A stretch of 64,000 nucleotides of DNA from Bigelowiella natans CCMP2755 (GCA_000320545.1 ADNK01000824.1:65714-129713), one strand, 5' to 3'. Positions 39,395-53,353 are shown, numbered from the stretch's first letter. Numbers and translations are program-made. Notes: a model not told the origin generated them from the letters alone.

Positions 39395-40397
39395 CTTCCA
39401 AAAGGGGGGGGGTGGGGATCTGACGGTTGAAGTCTGTGTTAAAAACAATAGGGTCTCTCGCAAGAGCCGAGCGGCACAAATCCGAACATTTATTTCTTCC
39501 ACAAAGACAGGGTATTTACCGTGTCGCATTTCAGAATTACACCCAGTTTTCACAGGCCACTGAGAAAAACTGCGAGACCGGAAATTGACCCTTCTCCGAA
39601 TGGGCGGGAAGATTGTGATTTCCCAATGTGAGACAACTAGAATGAACAAAATTTAGACAGAATTCCAGCCCATTCCTCTTGGTGATTTATTGCCGCAAAG
39701 AGCTTTTGGACGGGATACCCCTTCTTGGTAGTTCTTACGCATTCCAGTACCCCCTTTTCAGATGAAGGTGTCATCGGGGGCATTGGATTTAAATGTGTGC
39801 GACATAATTCTGAAGCCAATTCCGACTGTTAATCGACCTGTTTATTTCTACACCGTGTCACATCATCTAAGTCATCAATTGTGAAGCAAACGGATGATTG
39901 GTCAATTCTTTTCTTTTTTTTTTTCCACAGTGAATCGTCCAAACTGCTGTTCTCTTTGTTCTTCTCTTTCCTCTTCGCTGCTCTTCGATTCCCACTCTTC
40001 CGAACGGCCAAAATTGGACATTCGCCGAATTTCTGCGTGGAGCTCTTCAGACAGAAATTCCACCTGAAAACATCTTGAAGTGCCCACGAGATCTGCACCC
40101 TTCAGGCAGGAACCGTAGCTTTTGGCGGCGAAAATCGTCCAAGTTGGATAAGATTTAATTTATACTAAATATATCCTAAATAAAATGTCTAGTTAGAGCA
40201 CCGAGACGAGGAAGACTTAGGCTACAACAGCTCCTGATTCCCGACCGCAGGGTCAATTCGTCTGCTGCACTTGCGACCATAACAGCCCCCCCAAGCCCCA
40301 AGTAGAGATACGGACAAGGCTGGGATAGCGGACTTGATTACATAGATAGTGTGGGAAATTTCTGCGAGCTGGCATACCTTGCTGCGAGTGTCCTCCA

Positions 40398-41946
40398 ATG
40401 GTTGTGGTCGATAGTTGCGGCGTGTGCGCATCTTCATCCTATGGCCGTTCTTCGTCAGTAGTTCGTGCAAGACTCAGGCGTGCCGCTGCCACTGCCGCTG
40501 TTCTCTGTCTGGGGGCAATCTTGAATGTCCATCACCTCACGACGACGCCCCGCAATAACAACTACGGTGACTTCGCAAGGGTGCGGGGAAGGAGCAATCG
40601 CACTGCGGCAGCATTAGCTGCATACCACACAGCGTTCTCTGCCGCAAATATCGCCACATCTGAATGCAGAAGGGCTGGCAGATTTGACAGATGTCCTGAT
40701 GCAAGTTCTTGGAACATACTCAGAGGGGGGAAGCCTACGGTGTTGCTAAGCTAGATAATCCAGAAATGGAACTTTTGTCAAGTTATTTCGCCGTATTGAG
40801 CATTAGTCCTGCGATATGCCGGAGCTATTTTCGCATGATGAGTTCGTCATTTCTTTTACTACTATAAATGCAAACCACAACAAGCGACACAGCTCCGGCT
40901 TCGATCCGAACAGCAACACTGATGACATGCATAAAAACCGACACACGAATACCGATAATTGCCGTTGTCTCAATCATCCCTTCTTTAGCAGCACCTACTC
41001 TAATCGTTCTCACTGTATCCACAAAATTATTCAGCGACGTGAGCTAAGTGAAGACTCGAGCAGCGATGGTATATATTCATGGCTTTCCCCGTTAGAATTA
41101 CGTTCCTAATACTTTAAATACTTGCATCTTCGATACACAGACTTTGAGAATTCTTGGGTCTACCAGCACACTGTCAATCGACCTTTTCTCTGCGAGGTAG
41201 CAGTAGTTATATATAGTGTTAAAGATAGTATATACAATAGGAGGAAGAAGAAGAAGAAGAAGAAGAAGAAGAAGAAGAAGAAGAAAATATTTTAATTATT
41301 TTCGTTCCTCACTCTCACTCCACTTTGTTCTCTCGTGTCCTACCATCATTTTTCATTATTACTTATAGGTAAATCCGGAATGGATCCGCGACACCTTCAA
41401 CCTAAATGGTCTATCGACGCAGGTAGTAGATCGGTCATCTCTGCGACATTCTAAGCTCAGCACCTGAGAGAAGTTTGTTTCATCTGTTCGTAACTTGTAC
41501 CAATCAGATTCCTCACTACGAGATCTGTCTTCGGAGAATTCTGGACTATGTACGACAGAAGCCAAATGATACGTTATCTGCGCTATTATTATCGCTACCG
41601 TTTCAATCATCATTATCATCATTGTCATTATCATTATCATCCTACTCGTCGCAACCATCACATTAAATGCTTATAAATGCCACACATAAACAATAAATGC
41701 TGATAGCCATGTATCTACCAAAATACAGGAGGTTGGTTTCGACAAGCTGCCCCCGAAGAAACAGGCAGAGCTCGAAGCATGTTGTGGTAGTTCTAGGACC
41801 ATCCACAATAGAATATACGAGTTTAGAATTACTTCATTGAGAATAACAAAAACGTGAATTTCTAACGATATTTCATTGATTCGAATGAAAATGGTGGCTA
41901 TGATCATGACAAGTAGGAAAGATGGCGAGGAGTACAGCACATCGTC

Positions 41947-41984
<38 letters not shown>

Positions 41985-42845
41985 CGCTACAATCTATCTC
42001 CTGATTTATCACTTCAGAAACTCTGTATGGGTTGGTGCATGCACGGTACATCACCTCACCGGAGGGGCTTGACCGGATGAGGCAGAAGTATGAAAGAGGA
42101 GGTACTTCCCGCTTGTGATCATCACCAAAGCCTTAAACGAAGAGACCAATTTCGATCATAATAATAATAGTTGGAGAGCTGTGTATTTTTAATTTTATTG
42201 TACTGCAGCGAAAATTAATGATGCCGAAAATGACTGCGAATTTGGCCTGTTCTCCTCCTCCTCCTCCTCCTCCTCCTCCTCCTCCTCCTCCTCGCCCTTC
42301 TCTTATTGTTGCTCGGAAGACTTTGGAGCATGCCCTAGGGCCCTTTGCAAAGGCTTTCGGCTGCTGCCTGTTGGAATAACGGTACTGCGCATGCATGTAT
42401 GTGTGTGCGCTCAATGGGGAAACCTTTAGGTTGTAGGTGATATCAACCACTTCTTCTTCTTCTCCTTCTTCTTCTTCTTTTTCTCCTTCTTCTTGTGTAT
42501 CAGGACGAGCTCAGGCTGAGGCCCGTGAAGACGTTCTGCCCGAATTGCAAGTAAGCGTTTCTTCTTTCGACAACAACCTGACCACCTCTTCCTTCCCATT
42601 GGTTGTGTAGTAGTAATAGGACGATGATGATGGATGATGATGATGATATACTTGCTAGCAGTGATAGTATCTCCACAACGTTGAATGATAAGATTGTCCT
42701 TTTTGAAAAGGAAAAGGCATAAACACACACATACACACACGCACACACACAGCTGTAGCGAATGAGCTATATTATCCCAACTTGGTGGGCTGTGGAACTT
42801 AAATAACACCTCTTCGAGGTTCGTTGCTGATGGTTGTCTGTTCTC

Positions 42846-42884
<39 letters not shown>

Positions 42885-43164
42885 ATTATCTGGCTGTCTT
42901 ACCTTGCAGGGAGCTCTACCACGTTCGAGTAAGGCATGCGGCGACCATCGACGGGGCATTCTACACGAGGTAGATCAAGTTTTACAACAATATGACTCTC
43001 TCTTCTCTATCTTTTCTTCTTCTTTTTCTTGTTCTTCCTCCTCCTCTTCTTCATCAACACCAACATCAATCTGTTCTTTTTGATCCTTTGATCGAAAGGA
43101 AACCACGACAACTCAGCTGTCATGAAATACCATAGCGATACTCTTAGAGCTATAATATTATCCC

Positions 43165-43198
<34 letters not shown>

Positions 43199-44180
43199 GT
43201 CATCATCATTATCATCATCATTGTCGTCATCATTATCATCATGATTGTCGCTGACAGTGTAGTTCCTCTTATGCACTGCTTCATCATTGCTGACTTATGT
43301 GTTCTGATGGTGATCTGCTGCCTCACTCACTCACTCACTCACTCACTCTGCTGCAGAACATTTCCGCACATGTTTCTACTCAAGTACCCCCACCTACAAC
43401 CTAAATGCCAGCCGGTAAATCAGACAAAAAGAATGATAATTCGCATTGATGCTTTGGAGGCGTTAATCTTCTTTTATTGCATCACCATCTCACCAGCATA
43501 ATAGTAGTCTGAATCCAAGCTACTTTCTAGCTACTACATCCTGAAACGACGTGGCGGGCACGAATGACTGATCATCATTGTCTTCTCAGGTGAAGTATCA
43601 ACCGACAATATTTGGGTTCAACGTCAAGTATCCGGATCTGCCAACGGTAGTAGAAAGTAGAAGGGAAGGAGAAGGAAGAGGAAGAGGGAGGAGGAGGTTC
43701 CCTCCTTTTAAATCTAAGTTTCTTCCATCATGACAGGCCGATGACTATGCACTTCAAGAAAAGGCAAAGTTGGAAAAGGAGCAAGCAGAGGCAAGGGCCA
43801 AAGAAGAGCAAGCAGAACGAGTAACCAATCATGAATTGTTTCGTGGAAGTAAGTTTATGCTTCTCTAACACTCCTCATGCACAACAGGGCAAGGACGAGG
43901 AAAAGAAGGAAGAAAATGGTAGTGTGGACCCGAACGCTACTTCTAAGAAAGAGCAAGCTTCACAGGAGGCAAAACCAAAAGGTTTCATGCTTCTACGGAA
44001 GAATGTGTTAAATGTGATCTAACAACTTTAAATTACACAGCAGGCGAACCTCAGCCAACATCACTTTTACCGGGCGTTCCGATGGATAATCAGACTGTTC
44101 AGCCTCAAGATGCAGAGATGAAAGGAAGAGATCAAGACCCCCCGGCACAAAATTCCTCGCCCGTGCAGACGCGGACATAA
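40398..44180 (+). CDS. CKB: Casein kinase II regulatory (beta) subunit with a long N-terminal leader (hydrophobic segment + LRGG) and a charged C-terminal tail (not visible in the ORF track)
   Basis: Exons: SWVYQHTVNRPFLCE|VNPEWIRDTFNLNGLSTQ|IPHYEICLRRILDY, LYGLVHARYITSPEGLDRM, DFGACPRALC...LLPVG, VKTFCPNC (zinc finger), IDGAFYTRTFPHMFLLKYP, YQPTIFGF. Tail EKAKLEKEQAE...KDEEKKEE...; TAA at 44178-44180. Confidence 0.9.
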
Positions 44181-44831
44181 ATTTAGAGAAATATTATATC
44201 AAGTAGCGGTGATTATATATTTCTTAGCAATTCGTGAATCCATTGCGGGAGATATAGACGACGTGGATGTAGCTGCTACTTTAACCACGCCTCTGCGTGC
44301 ATTGCGATCACACGCATGATTACGCATCAAAGTTTGCATGTGCATCATGAATCATGAATGATGTTGCATGGGCAATGAGCAGGGCGCCTTAGGGTTATAA
44401 CTACACTGCAATTTAACAATTATGATACTGGTGCAACCGCATCGACAGCCATTCTGTACATGTGCGATGTGAGTGTACGAATACTCCTCCCACGCACAAT
44501 GTGATCTCGGGAGCTGTTATATACGGCGAGGACCGTGTGGATAGTTGCTAATAAAGCTTTGCATGAAAGTGCTAGATATATCGATAGCCATGATAATCGT
44601 ATGAGCATAGCCGTGCACATTCATGAGAGAAACCTTGATGTGTACATGCTTATGATGCACCAGGACATCGCAAAACAAATGTGCTGACCCCTGGCTCTTA
44701 TTCCGCTAAACCATCATCAGTGCAACTGCGCCGCTTGGCATAACGATCTATGCGGACAGGGGAAAATACTATTGCGTTGTTAAACCCTGTAAATATCACT
44801 GGGTGATTGCAACGCTGTGTCTGTACAACTT

Positions 44832-46092
44832 TTATCGAACATTGCTTACAATAACTAGTATCAGATCATTTGTTACTGATCTCATCGGTATTACTCTCGG
44901 AGGCGCCATTACCACCGTCCGCACTACTATTGCCTTTGACCATATCTTGGTTGACGATTTTTGCAAATTCTTCATGAGATAGGAAGTCAACGAGGATGAC
45001 CAACACAGTTTCTTGCAGCCAGTTCTGGATCCAGGGATCGTCTATAATCTATAAACATGCGAATAATGTGTGTCACATTAACATGCTGCAACAACGTACA
45101 AAATTGTATTTTCGTCATCTCACACCTCATGAGTGTTCCAAAGAGCAATGTCTGTGGTACCATCCACAACCCAGTCCTGTCGAAGAAGCCACACGATCAA
45201 TTCGCGTAGGCTTCTATACGTCGTTGGCTCCTTTATCACGTCTCGGATCTCGAAAATTACCACGTCTCAAATAAGAAAAGATAGATTCGGCGAATAATTA
45301 CATAAAAAAGTAAAAATGGAAAAGAAAGTTTTGTTCCGCATCTCTCACTACGGCCATGCACTAAAGTTGTATGCTACGGCCACACTCATCCACATCAGCG
45401 ATATGCATGTCTTGTGTCGATGATATCGTTACACTGAGAAGAAAGCCTACCAGATCAATGACTGCCTCTCGTATATTCTCATCCTTGGATAGGAGAGCGT
45501 GTACTACATTTCGCGAGAGCTGCTGAACAGCCGCCTGAACGACCTGAGGTGGGAGAGTAGTTGGAGTGGTAAACACTTCGCTGATAATGTGATGAAATTT
45601 TTAATGAAAATATCCTGCCTGGTCCTCCAAGGTTTGAGACGTTATCTCAACTACTTCCTGTGAGAAGTAACTCCTTATTGTGGGAAGATAGTACACTAGA
45701 AGCCCCCCTCCGGCACAGATAGCGACGACTCCAAACCTAATAATAACATAGGAAAGTGTTTCCCTTGGCATCACTGCCGTTCCCATCAACAGCTACCGAT
45801 TTCCCCCTTATCTACACCATCATAATTTCGTCCTATTTCCCTATAATTTTTTGGTTTCTCCCATATAATCGTAATCATTATCGATCAATCACCTTCGAGC
45901 TTTGTTCCACCATCCATCATAATATTTTCGGAGCTCCTCCAACACCTCCTTCGTCGAAGAGGCCCGTGTGTATGATCGCACAGGAGGGCGACGACGAAGC
46001 GAATATCTACTTCTAGTGCACATTTGAAGTGGTCTCATCCCTGGCTTTGCCCGCGCCATGCGGCAGAGGGCGCGGGTGGGTGAGGGGAGCAT
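44832..46092 (-). CDS. Hypothetical single-pass membrane protein, probably mitochondrial; 3' end approximate
   Basis: Arg-rich, acid-free N-terminus MLPSPTRALCRMARAKPGMRPLQMCTRSRYSLRRRPP; TM segment YVIIRFGVVAICAGGGLLVYYL; further helical exons VVQAAVQQLSRNVVHALL and IRDVIKEPTTYRSLRELIVWLL. Confidence 0.55.
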
Positions 46093-46419
46093 TCGTTTGC
46101 TGCCTCCAGATGTGTATTGGACGAGTATTGTGTACATGTACGTCAAGCTAATATCCTTTGTCGCAGGGCATTAAATATAGGTTATTTTGGATCAATTTAT
46201 CACCTCTTCGGTGGGGAATCAAGGGAAGTCGTAGTGGTAAAATTAAGAGCATTTTACTGGCGTCTTTCGCGGAAATAAATTGTCCAATGAATGTAGGCGG
46301 ATATTATACAGAGACATGGATTTATTGCTCTTTCGAGCGCAATTATGAGGGGTGGCGGGGCAATGGGAATCGGCGATAATGACAGCGACGGCAGCAGAGC
46401 TGCTTGAATCTGTGTGAAA

Positions 46420-47654
46420 ATGGAGCATGCTCGCCTCAGATGCAACATCTCCTCCTGTCACCGTGTTCTAAGGACCGCTCTTTTCGGGTGAGTGAAGTGT
46501 TGTGCCGTACCAGAGTTTGCATCAATCATCATCGTCGTCATTTTCATCATCATCAGCACCGTACTCATCATGTGTTGCTTGGATGTGTATTCAAACATAC
46601 GAGCAGCCTCCTCTTGTCGGGTTTAAGGATTTGGCTGGTATCCAAGCCGACTCTTGGCCTTGCTCGTCCACGAGGACGAGGGGGCAGAGGGTTTGGAGGC
46701 GTACGAATCACAACTCCGAACGCTCGTGATTCGACGAGCTCGTCTGATAATGAGATGGCTGGTCCGCTGCCACCACTGCTTCAAAAGCCTACGATCCCTG
46801 TTAAAAAAGGTCAGAGTGGCAGCGTCCTGCTTTAGTTGTATAGTAGATAATATTTCGCAACTTGTACGCTTCTGACTGATACCCAGGCCCATCGAGACAA
46901 CCAAAGAAACTTAAAGGCCGGAAAAAATATTTGAAGGAGATGGAAGAACGAATTCGCCAACGAGAAATTGTAACTACCATTATCATTATCTAAGAGATCC
47001 TGCGAAACAAATTCTTTCCATAATTTCCCTTTTAGAAACGCGCCCAGGGCTACATCGGCGGCAATCTTGCGATACCGTATGTAGAAGAACGACAATGATA
47101 TTGTTCAACTTTTCCACCCTGCTGCTTCTAAAAAAGGATTGCTATTTTCATTATTGCAGAGAAATACGACGTAAAGTGAAGGAGAAACGCATGAACGAGA
47201 CTGAGCAGATCGAGTAATGACACCTCTACACGTCAATACAACATACCAGAGAAAGATGATTGTCTTTGTATCTTGAACGTCCCATTATAAAAATATAATT
47301 TTATGCTTGATTCGGTTTCTTATTGTGTACTGCTCTACTGCTGCTATATATTTTCTGTTGCAGGTACTTTAAGAGTACACTGGAGGCCCTCATAGAGGTG
47401 ATAAAATTAGTGCGAGAGAAAACTGTTAGCGTCAGCAATCATCGTCCTGTTGGCACTCTTTAATTTGGCTTGTCATTGCTTGTTTTCTCTTCATGTGCTT
47501 CTTTGACACACAGGAGGACCGAGCAAGAAATCCTGCAGCAATCGAGGAAATGGAAAAAAAATACGAGCGTCTCGACCAGAAATTAAAGCAGTCAAGGTAG
47601 TGTAAGCATTGTTAACTTTCCAGATCAATGTTTCCCTCAGGGTACACGCGAAAC

Positions 47655-47697
<43 letters not shown>

Positions 47698-47879
47698 TCA
47701 GGGAGGATGAAACACCTCTCGTAAAGCGTGCTTTGAAGGCGATGCACCGCGAGAGTGATGCGGAACTTAAACAAGGAAAGAAATGGCGCAAGGGGAAAGG
47801 CAAGAAATCTAAAATGAAGACAGCATCGTCGGCGAAGAAAGCTCGAACAAATTATGAACTAGGTGATGGTCTTGAGTAA
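46420..47879 (+). CDS. Hypothetical protein, basic/coiled-coil C-terminus; 5' end uncertain
   Basis: Plus-strand exons with GT-AG borders: PKKLKGRKKYLKEMEERIRQRE, YFKSTLEALIE, EDRARNPAAIEEMEKKYERLDQKLKQS, and a final exon EDETPLVKRALKAM...KKWRKGKGKKSKMK...GLE* ending at 47879. Confidence 0.5.
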
Positions 47880-48584
47880 TTATAAGGAATACCCAACGCC
47901 TGCTAATGTAGCAATGTGTGCAAACAATCCAAAGTAGCTGCATGCTGCTAGCATGTATTATGACTTATGCACATGCTAGCATGCTACACTACTGATGTTG
48001 CACTGACTACGCAGCTATCATAATCGAGTTTCAGACTGCATGTCCAATGCTAGCTAGCTAGTTAGCTAGAATACTACGCGGCGGAATTGTTTGACATGTA
48101 ATAAAACAGGATCAGGCACACATATATCGTCCATATCTAGATATCTAGATATTGTCATCCATATCTAGATGCAACCTGTCGCACATGCTAGTATGCTTTC
48201 TCGAAGTGCGAATTATTAACTTATACATGTATCGTATGATTCGTACCTGGTACGTTTGCAAAAGTGTCGTAGCTGTGCATGAGCATACCCGCAGCGGGAG
48301 CTCATGCACACATAGCATGGTGCGCATGTAATATTGCCACTGCCGAAAACCAATTTTAGGATGATATTAGGACCTTAATAATTGTGCCATAATCTAGAGT
48401 TGTGTATGCGTCGCTTTCAAGAGCTTGTGTTCTGCGAGTGACGCTATGCGATGTATGATATGATGCAAATTCTCAACGCCATTTCATTTCCACGCATACA
48501 CATGCGTGAATACATCTCGCAAGCAACCAATCCTTCCTCGCGGGCGATACCCCTCGAATACGAGCCCGACGGAGTTTTCTATCA

Positions 48585-49070
48585 TCATCCTTCAGCATCT
48601 TGTTGGCGATAGTAACCCCCTTGGTCCTGCCTGCCCACCGTTCCGTATGCGTTGCTACGATTCGAGGAAGCTATCATCCGCCGTACCACAAATGCACCGA
48701 GAATGCCAACGAAGATCTAAGATGGCGTGGTAAGAAGGGGTAGGTGTTTTATAATTCAGAAAAAACAAACAAAACATAGTGATGATGCTGCCTGCCCATC
48801 TACTGCATGTGGTGGAGAACATACCACTCCAAGAACGACACCGACAGCGATGTATGTGACTTGATCGTTGTTGTTGCCGCCATTATCGTCGCCGCCGCCA
48901 GGTAACGAATTCTCCACGATAGCACCGGCGAATCCGACCCTGATAGTTGGTTGGTTAATGCTGTCTTAATCGTGACGATGATGACGACCATGATATCAAC
49001 AAAAGTAATGACAGTGATGATGATGGTGCTACTGCAATTCTGCTGATCATAGCTCGGACAGACACGCACA

Positions 49071-49111
<41 letters not shown>

Positions 49112-50979
49112 ACATTATCTTTGCCTCCTTCTCCCGCCCCTCACCCTCCTCCTATGTCACCGCATACATACCGATGGTTGTCCCAGTCGAACAGCGTGTA
49201 ATACTTGCGTAGTAGCACGTCGCCGAGGATGGCAAATTGTGAGTCCCCACTACTACTCAACCCTTTGTTCGAGGTCACACACACACACAACACACGCCAT
49301 AGATTACAGCATAAATAAATGATGATTAAGATAGAATGAAGCAACGTCGTGGGACGAACGTGAGCGATTCTCTCCTGCTCCCCCCTCCACCCCCGCCTCT
49401 CATCCTCTTCTTTGTCCTCTTTTTCTTCATCATCCTCTGTTTTCCGTTCAAAAATCACGACCGACCCATTTGGTAAATGCCTTGATTCGGGGGGAGGAAG
49501 TACTCGCTGCCGCTAAGCGTCAGCACAGTATCGTTGCCCGGCGAAAAGGACTTCATTTTCCAAAAGCACATGTTCAGAATTGAATAGCACGGAATAATAG
49601 GGAGGGGGGAAAGAAGGAAATGTGATGGAAAAGTACGAGTAGATGGAACCAATAAAGAATGGATGTGTCTCTTTTTCTTCTTCTTCTTCTTCTTTTTCTT
49701 CTTCGTGTGTCATCAGCAGTATCAGCAGCAGCAGCAGCAGCAGCAGTTGTTGCAGTAGTTGTTGTATGCATACTGCTGGTCGTACCGAGGGAAAACGCAC
49801 TTTGAGAACGGGAAATGCATCTAAGTTTGTGCTTCTAGGGCAAACAAAGTAACTTGTGGTCGCCTCACAAGCGCTCGCAGCTGGTAAATCAATCAATGCC
49901 TACCGATTCATTGAGGAGGAGGATGAGGAGGAAAGGCGACGGCAAAATGGCGATTTCGGGAAGACGAGAAGAGAAGGAAAAGGGGGGGGGGGGGGGGGGG
50001 GGGAAGGGAATAACGAGAAAGGAAAAAGACCATGAGGATGCAAAACAACCAACCAGAGCAGAGCAAAAGTTGGCATTTTGGTTTAGGTAATAACATATGC
50101 ACGGCAATTTATTTGTTGGCAACAACTTGGCTTTTGTCCCAACGAAATGAACGCATGAACACATGCGCATCTCATGCTAAGGAAGATTTTGTGCATTTCA
50201 TCCTCCTCCTCCAGTTATTTATTATACCTGGAACACGGCGATCAAAGCGTTTGGGGGTAGGGCAATGAGAGAGGTGCCGGAGTCGACGATGGTGGTGAGC
50301 CCGCTGCCAGATATGGTTGCGCCAAGCGTAAACTGCGACATCGCTACTGTCCAGTATCTGAGTACCAGCAACAGCAGCAGCGGCAGTATATTTCATGACC
50401 AAGAATTTATTTAATGATCACGAGCCTCGCGTCATCATCACCATCATCATCATTCATCATCAGTGTCAGTCATCACGTCTTCACACTTACGCGAAGGCAG
50501 TGCCCGACTGTAGATTTGTCTGAATCACGTCGGTGTATTCCACGGTCGTGTTTCTGCCAAACAATACATCAATTTAGTGCGGTCGGGGAGGGGGGGGTAT
50601 TGACTACGAACTGCTGTCCATATGTATTACCCAAGGAGTTCCTCTGCGAATCTAAATGGAAAGAAACCAGGGAGCGGGAGGGAGGGGCGAGGCACAGAAA
50701 TGAAGCAAAAGTAGATCAGAATACAGTACCAAACCACAACTTAACATGCAAAAAAAGAAATCGGTGCTGGGAGACGAGAGGGTTGGTTGTTGCGTATTCT
50801 CAGGGCTAGTTGTTTATGACGTCTTTATCACTATCGTGTACTAACCCTCCAAAAGTAATTTGTGATCCAGGAGCATTAGTCGTCATGTAGAAAGCATAGG
50901 AGTTGGGAAGACCAGCCTAATTCATCATCGATTGTCGATGGTGATGATGATGAGGAGGATGGTGGTTGAAATGGGCTTG

Positions 50980-51020
<41 letters not shown>

Positions 51021-51718
51021 CATCATCGGCGCTTTGCTGCAAATGAACGAAGCTCATACACAAGCTCATTCTCGAGTGCGTGATGTGTTTCATACGCGGA
51101 TTGATTCTTCTATCATTTTCGTTGTCGTTTTTCTTCATCATCCTATCGCTAGCTTACTACTATTAGTAGTAGTAGTAGTCGTCCATCATCATTTGAAATC
51201 GGTCGTCATTATTGTTGATGTCCTCCCCCTCACTACTACTATCATGCTCGACGTAGATCACCTCATCCAACCAAGTCTTAATTGGACTGGGCGTCGAGTA
51301 CTGAGCCAGTGCTGGAAATGCAAGCCCAAAGATCCCTGCATGCATGCATGTACCAAGGACAAGAAAGGAAGGAAGGGGGAGGGTTAGTATGGTGGGAGGA
51401 GCAACCACTACTGCACATTCAAGAATAAAGGCAATTTACTATTCGTATTAACAGTATCTGTTCTCAATGAAAGATGTTTTCTCTAATTTTCTTTCTTTCT
51501 TCTTCTTTTTTTTCCTTTTTCTTCTTCTTCTTCTTTTGCCGATCGAGGAATTATTACAGACTCCAAGACTTGCTATGCTGCAGGGCTTAAACTACCCTCG
51601 TCTAGGAGTTGCTGCTGACTCGAACCCATGCTGGTAACATACCCCATCCTGTCAAATGAAGAAACGTAGCAGTATTAGCAGCAGCAGCAGCTGCAGCAAT
51701 ATTACAGAAAAGGTGAAA

Positions 51719-51757
<39 letters not shown>

Positions 51758-52259
51758 GATGAGTCCCAGACGGAATATAAAATGAGAATAATGATGGAAA
51801 ACGCAATGGTACTGCACAGATAGTCTTTGGCCCGTGATACCACAGTACATGTCGCACGAATATCAACTAATTGCCTTCCAATATTTATTCCCGTCGTCAT
51901 CATCGTCACCGCCATCACCATCTCGCCCTACTCTTCATGCGAACTAACTCTTCTTACTGACTTGATTGTGCTCGTCGTAGTGCTGCTGCCGAGGGTGAAC
52001 ACGTCCTGGAAAGTATATCCGTACCTGTGCGAGCAGGGATGATGGTGATGATGACGATCATGGTGGTAGAGAGAAATGAAAAAGAAAGCAGCAAAAGCAA
52101 TATGCTCGCAGGGAAATGCGTATCTCCTCAGTAGATATCCGTTTTCAAACGTTCACTTCATATTCCAATGCGTTGTGTCATGCAAGCTTCTCCAACATTT
52201 AACATACACAGGGCCGCTGCCGTAATCATCCAGTTCCCGAGATGGTGGGCCTACGCGTT

Positions 52260-52296
<37 letters not shown>

Positions 52297-53353
52297 CACA
52301 CACACGCACACATAGGACAGAGAGCGGGAGAGGGGAACAGAATGTCATCTCACAACTGCCCGTGCGTCGGCCATACGAGAAGAGTATCTTATGATACAAA
52401 CCACTACTCACGCACCACATCCACTGCATGCTGTAGATTCGGTAACTGAGGAAGTCTGATGTTAAGGATGTGTTAGCTAAATGAAAAGAAGAAGAAGAAG
52501 AAGAAGAAGAAGAAGATACGAAACTATGGGCTATTCAGATAGGATTAGTATATTAGTAAAATGAAACATACGATTTGGAAGCGTGCGGTGCCGCTACACG
52601 GGGAGCATCCTACGCCTAAGTAATGCGATGAGAGGACGTAGTTTGTCATTCTTCAGAACTACCCAAAAGAAGCAAGAACTGCATCGAGATGGCAGTTTCG
52701 ATCCCGCCCAGTTCAATTTCTTACTCTCCCCCTTATTCCTATACTTCAAAACAAACCTGTAATCCAAAGGTCCGAGGATCCAGTATCCATTACGACACTT
52801 AGATTCTTTTTGAATCGATGGAAACGAGGGGGTCAAGACCAGAAAGTGCGACAACAATAGCAAAAATTCACTCTTCCAGGGCATGATGGTAAAATATACC
52901 TGGGGTGGTGTACCAATGCCTACGACTGCGAGATATTCCAGGTTCTAAAAGATAAGAATTAGGCCCTTGAAATCTGATCTCCGTTCCAATTTTGTAGACA
53001 TGCATTCATTCTTCGTGCTGTAATACTCTACCCTTAGTGACATTCATTGATTCGAGCATTTTCGAGGCAGTGGGTGCCTCATCCCATCTCGATCAGTTTT
53101 AATGGGTGGCTAAATGTTTACTGAAATGAATCACTACGTTCAAATTCTCCAGTGGTAAGATATGCAGATCGAGCAGCTCGGCATTGTGCCCCTTCGACAG
53201 CAGCGTCCCGAACCTTAGCTTTGTCTTCTCTCGGGAGGGGGACGCTTCCCGTCGCGTAACGGGAACTCGAATCACGCCGTTCGTGTTGAGAGGTACCAGA
53301 AGGAGTAGAATAAAGAGCCTCACTGATGAGGCCAGATGGAGAAAGATACCCAT
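48585..53353 (-). CDS. A1 (pepsin-family) aspartic protease, type-I membrane anchored
   Basis: Signal peptide MGIFLHLASSVRLFILLLLVPL; EYLAVVGIGTPPQ; VVMDTGSSDLWI (~52760-52795); GIFGLAFPALA; TIVDSGTSLIALP (~50255-50295); AILGDVLLRKYYTLFD..RVGFA; TM YIAVGVVLGVIFVGILGAFVV; short cytosolic tail ending GGYYRQQDAEG*. Confidence 0.92.

Noticed and set aside
46420-46487. MEHARLRCNISSCHRVL resembling a HEI10-type RING N-terminus
   Set aside because: The remaining Cys/His ligands could not be assembled from downstream exons in phase.
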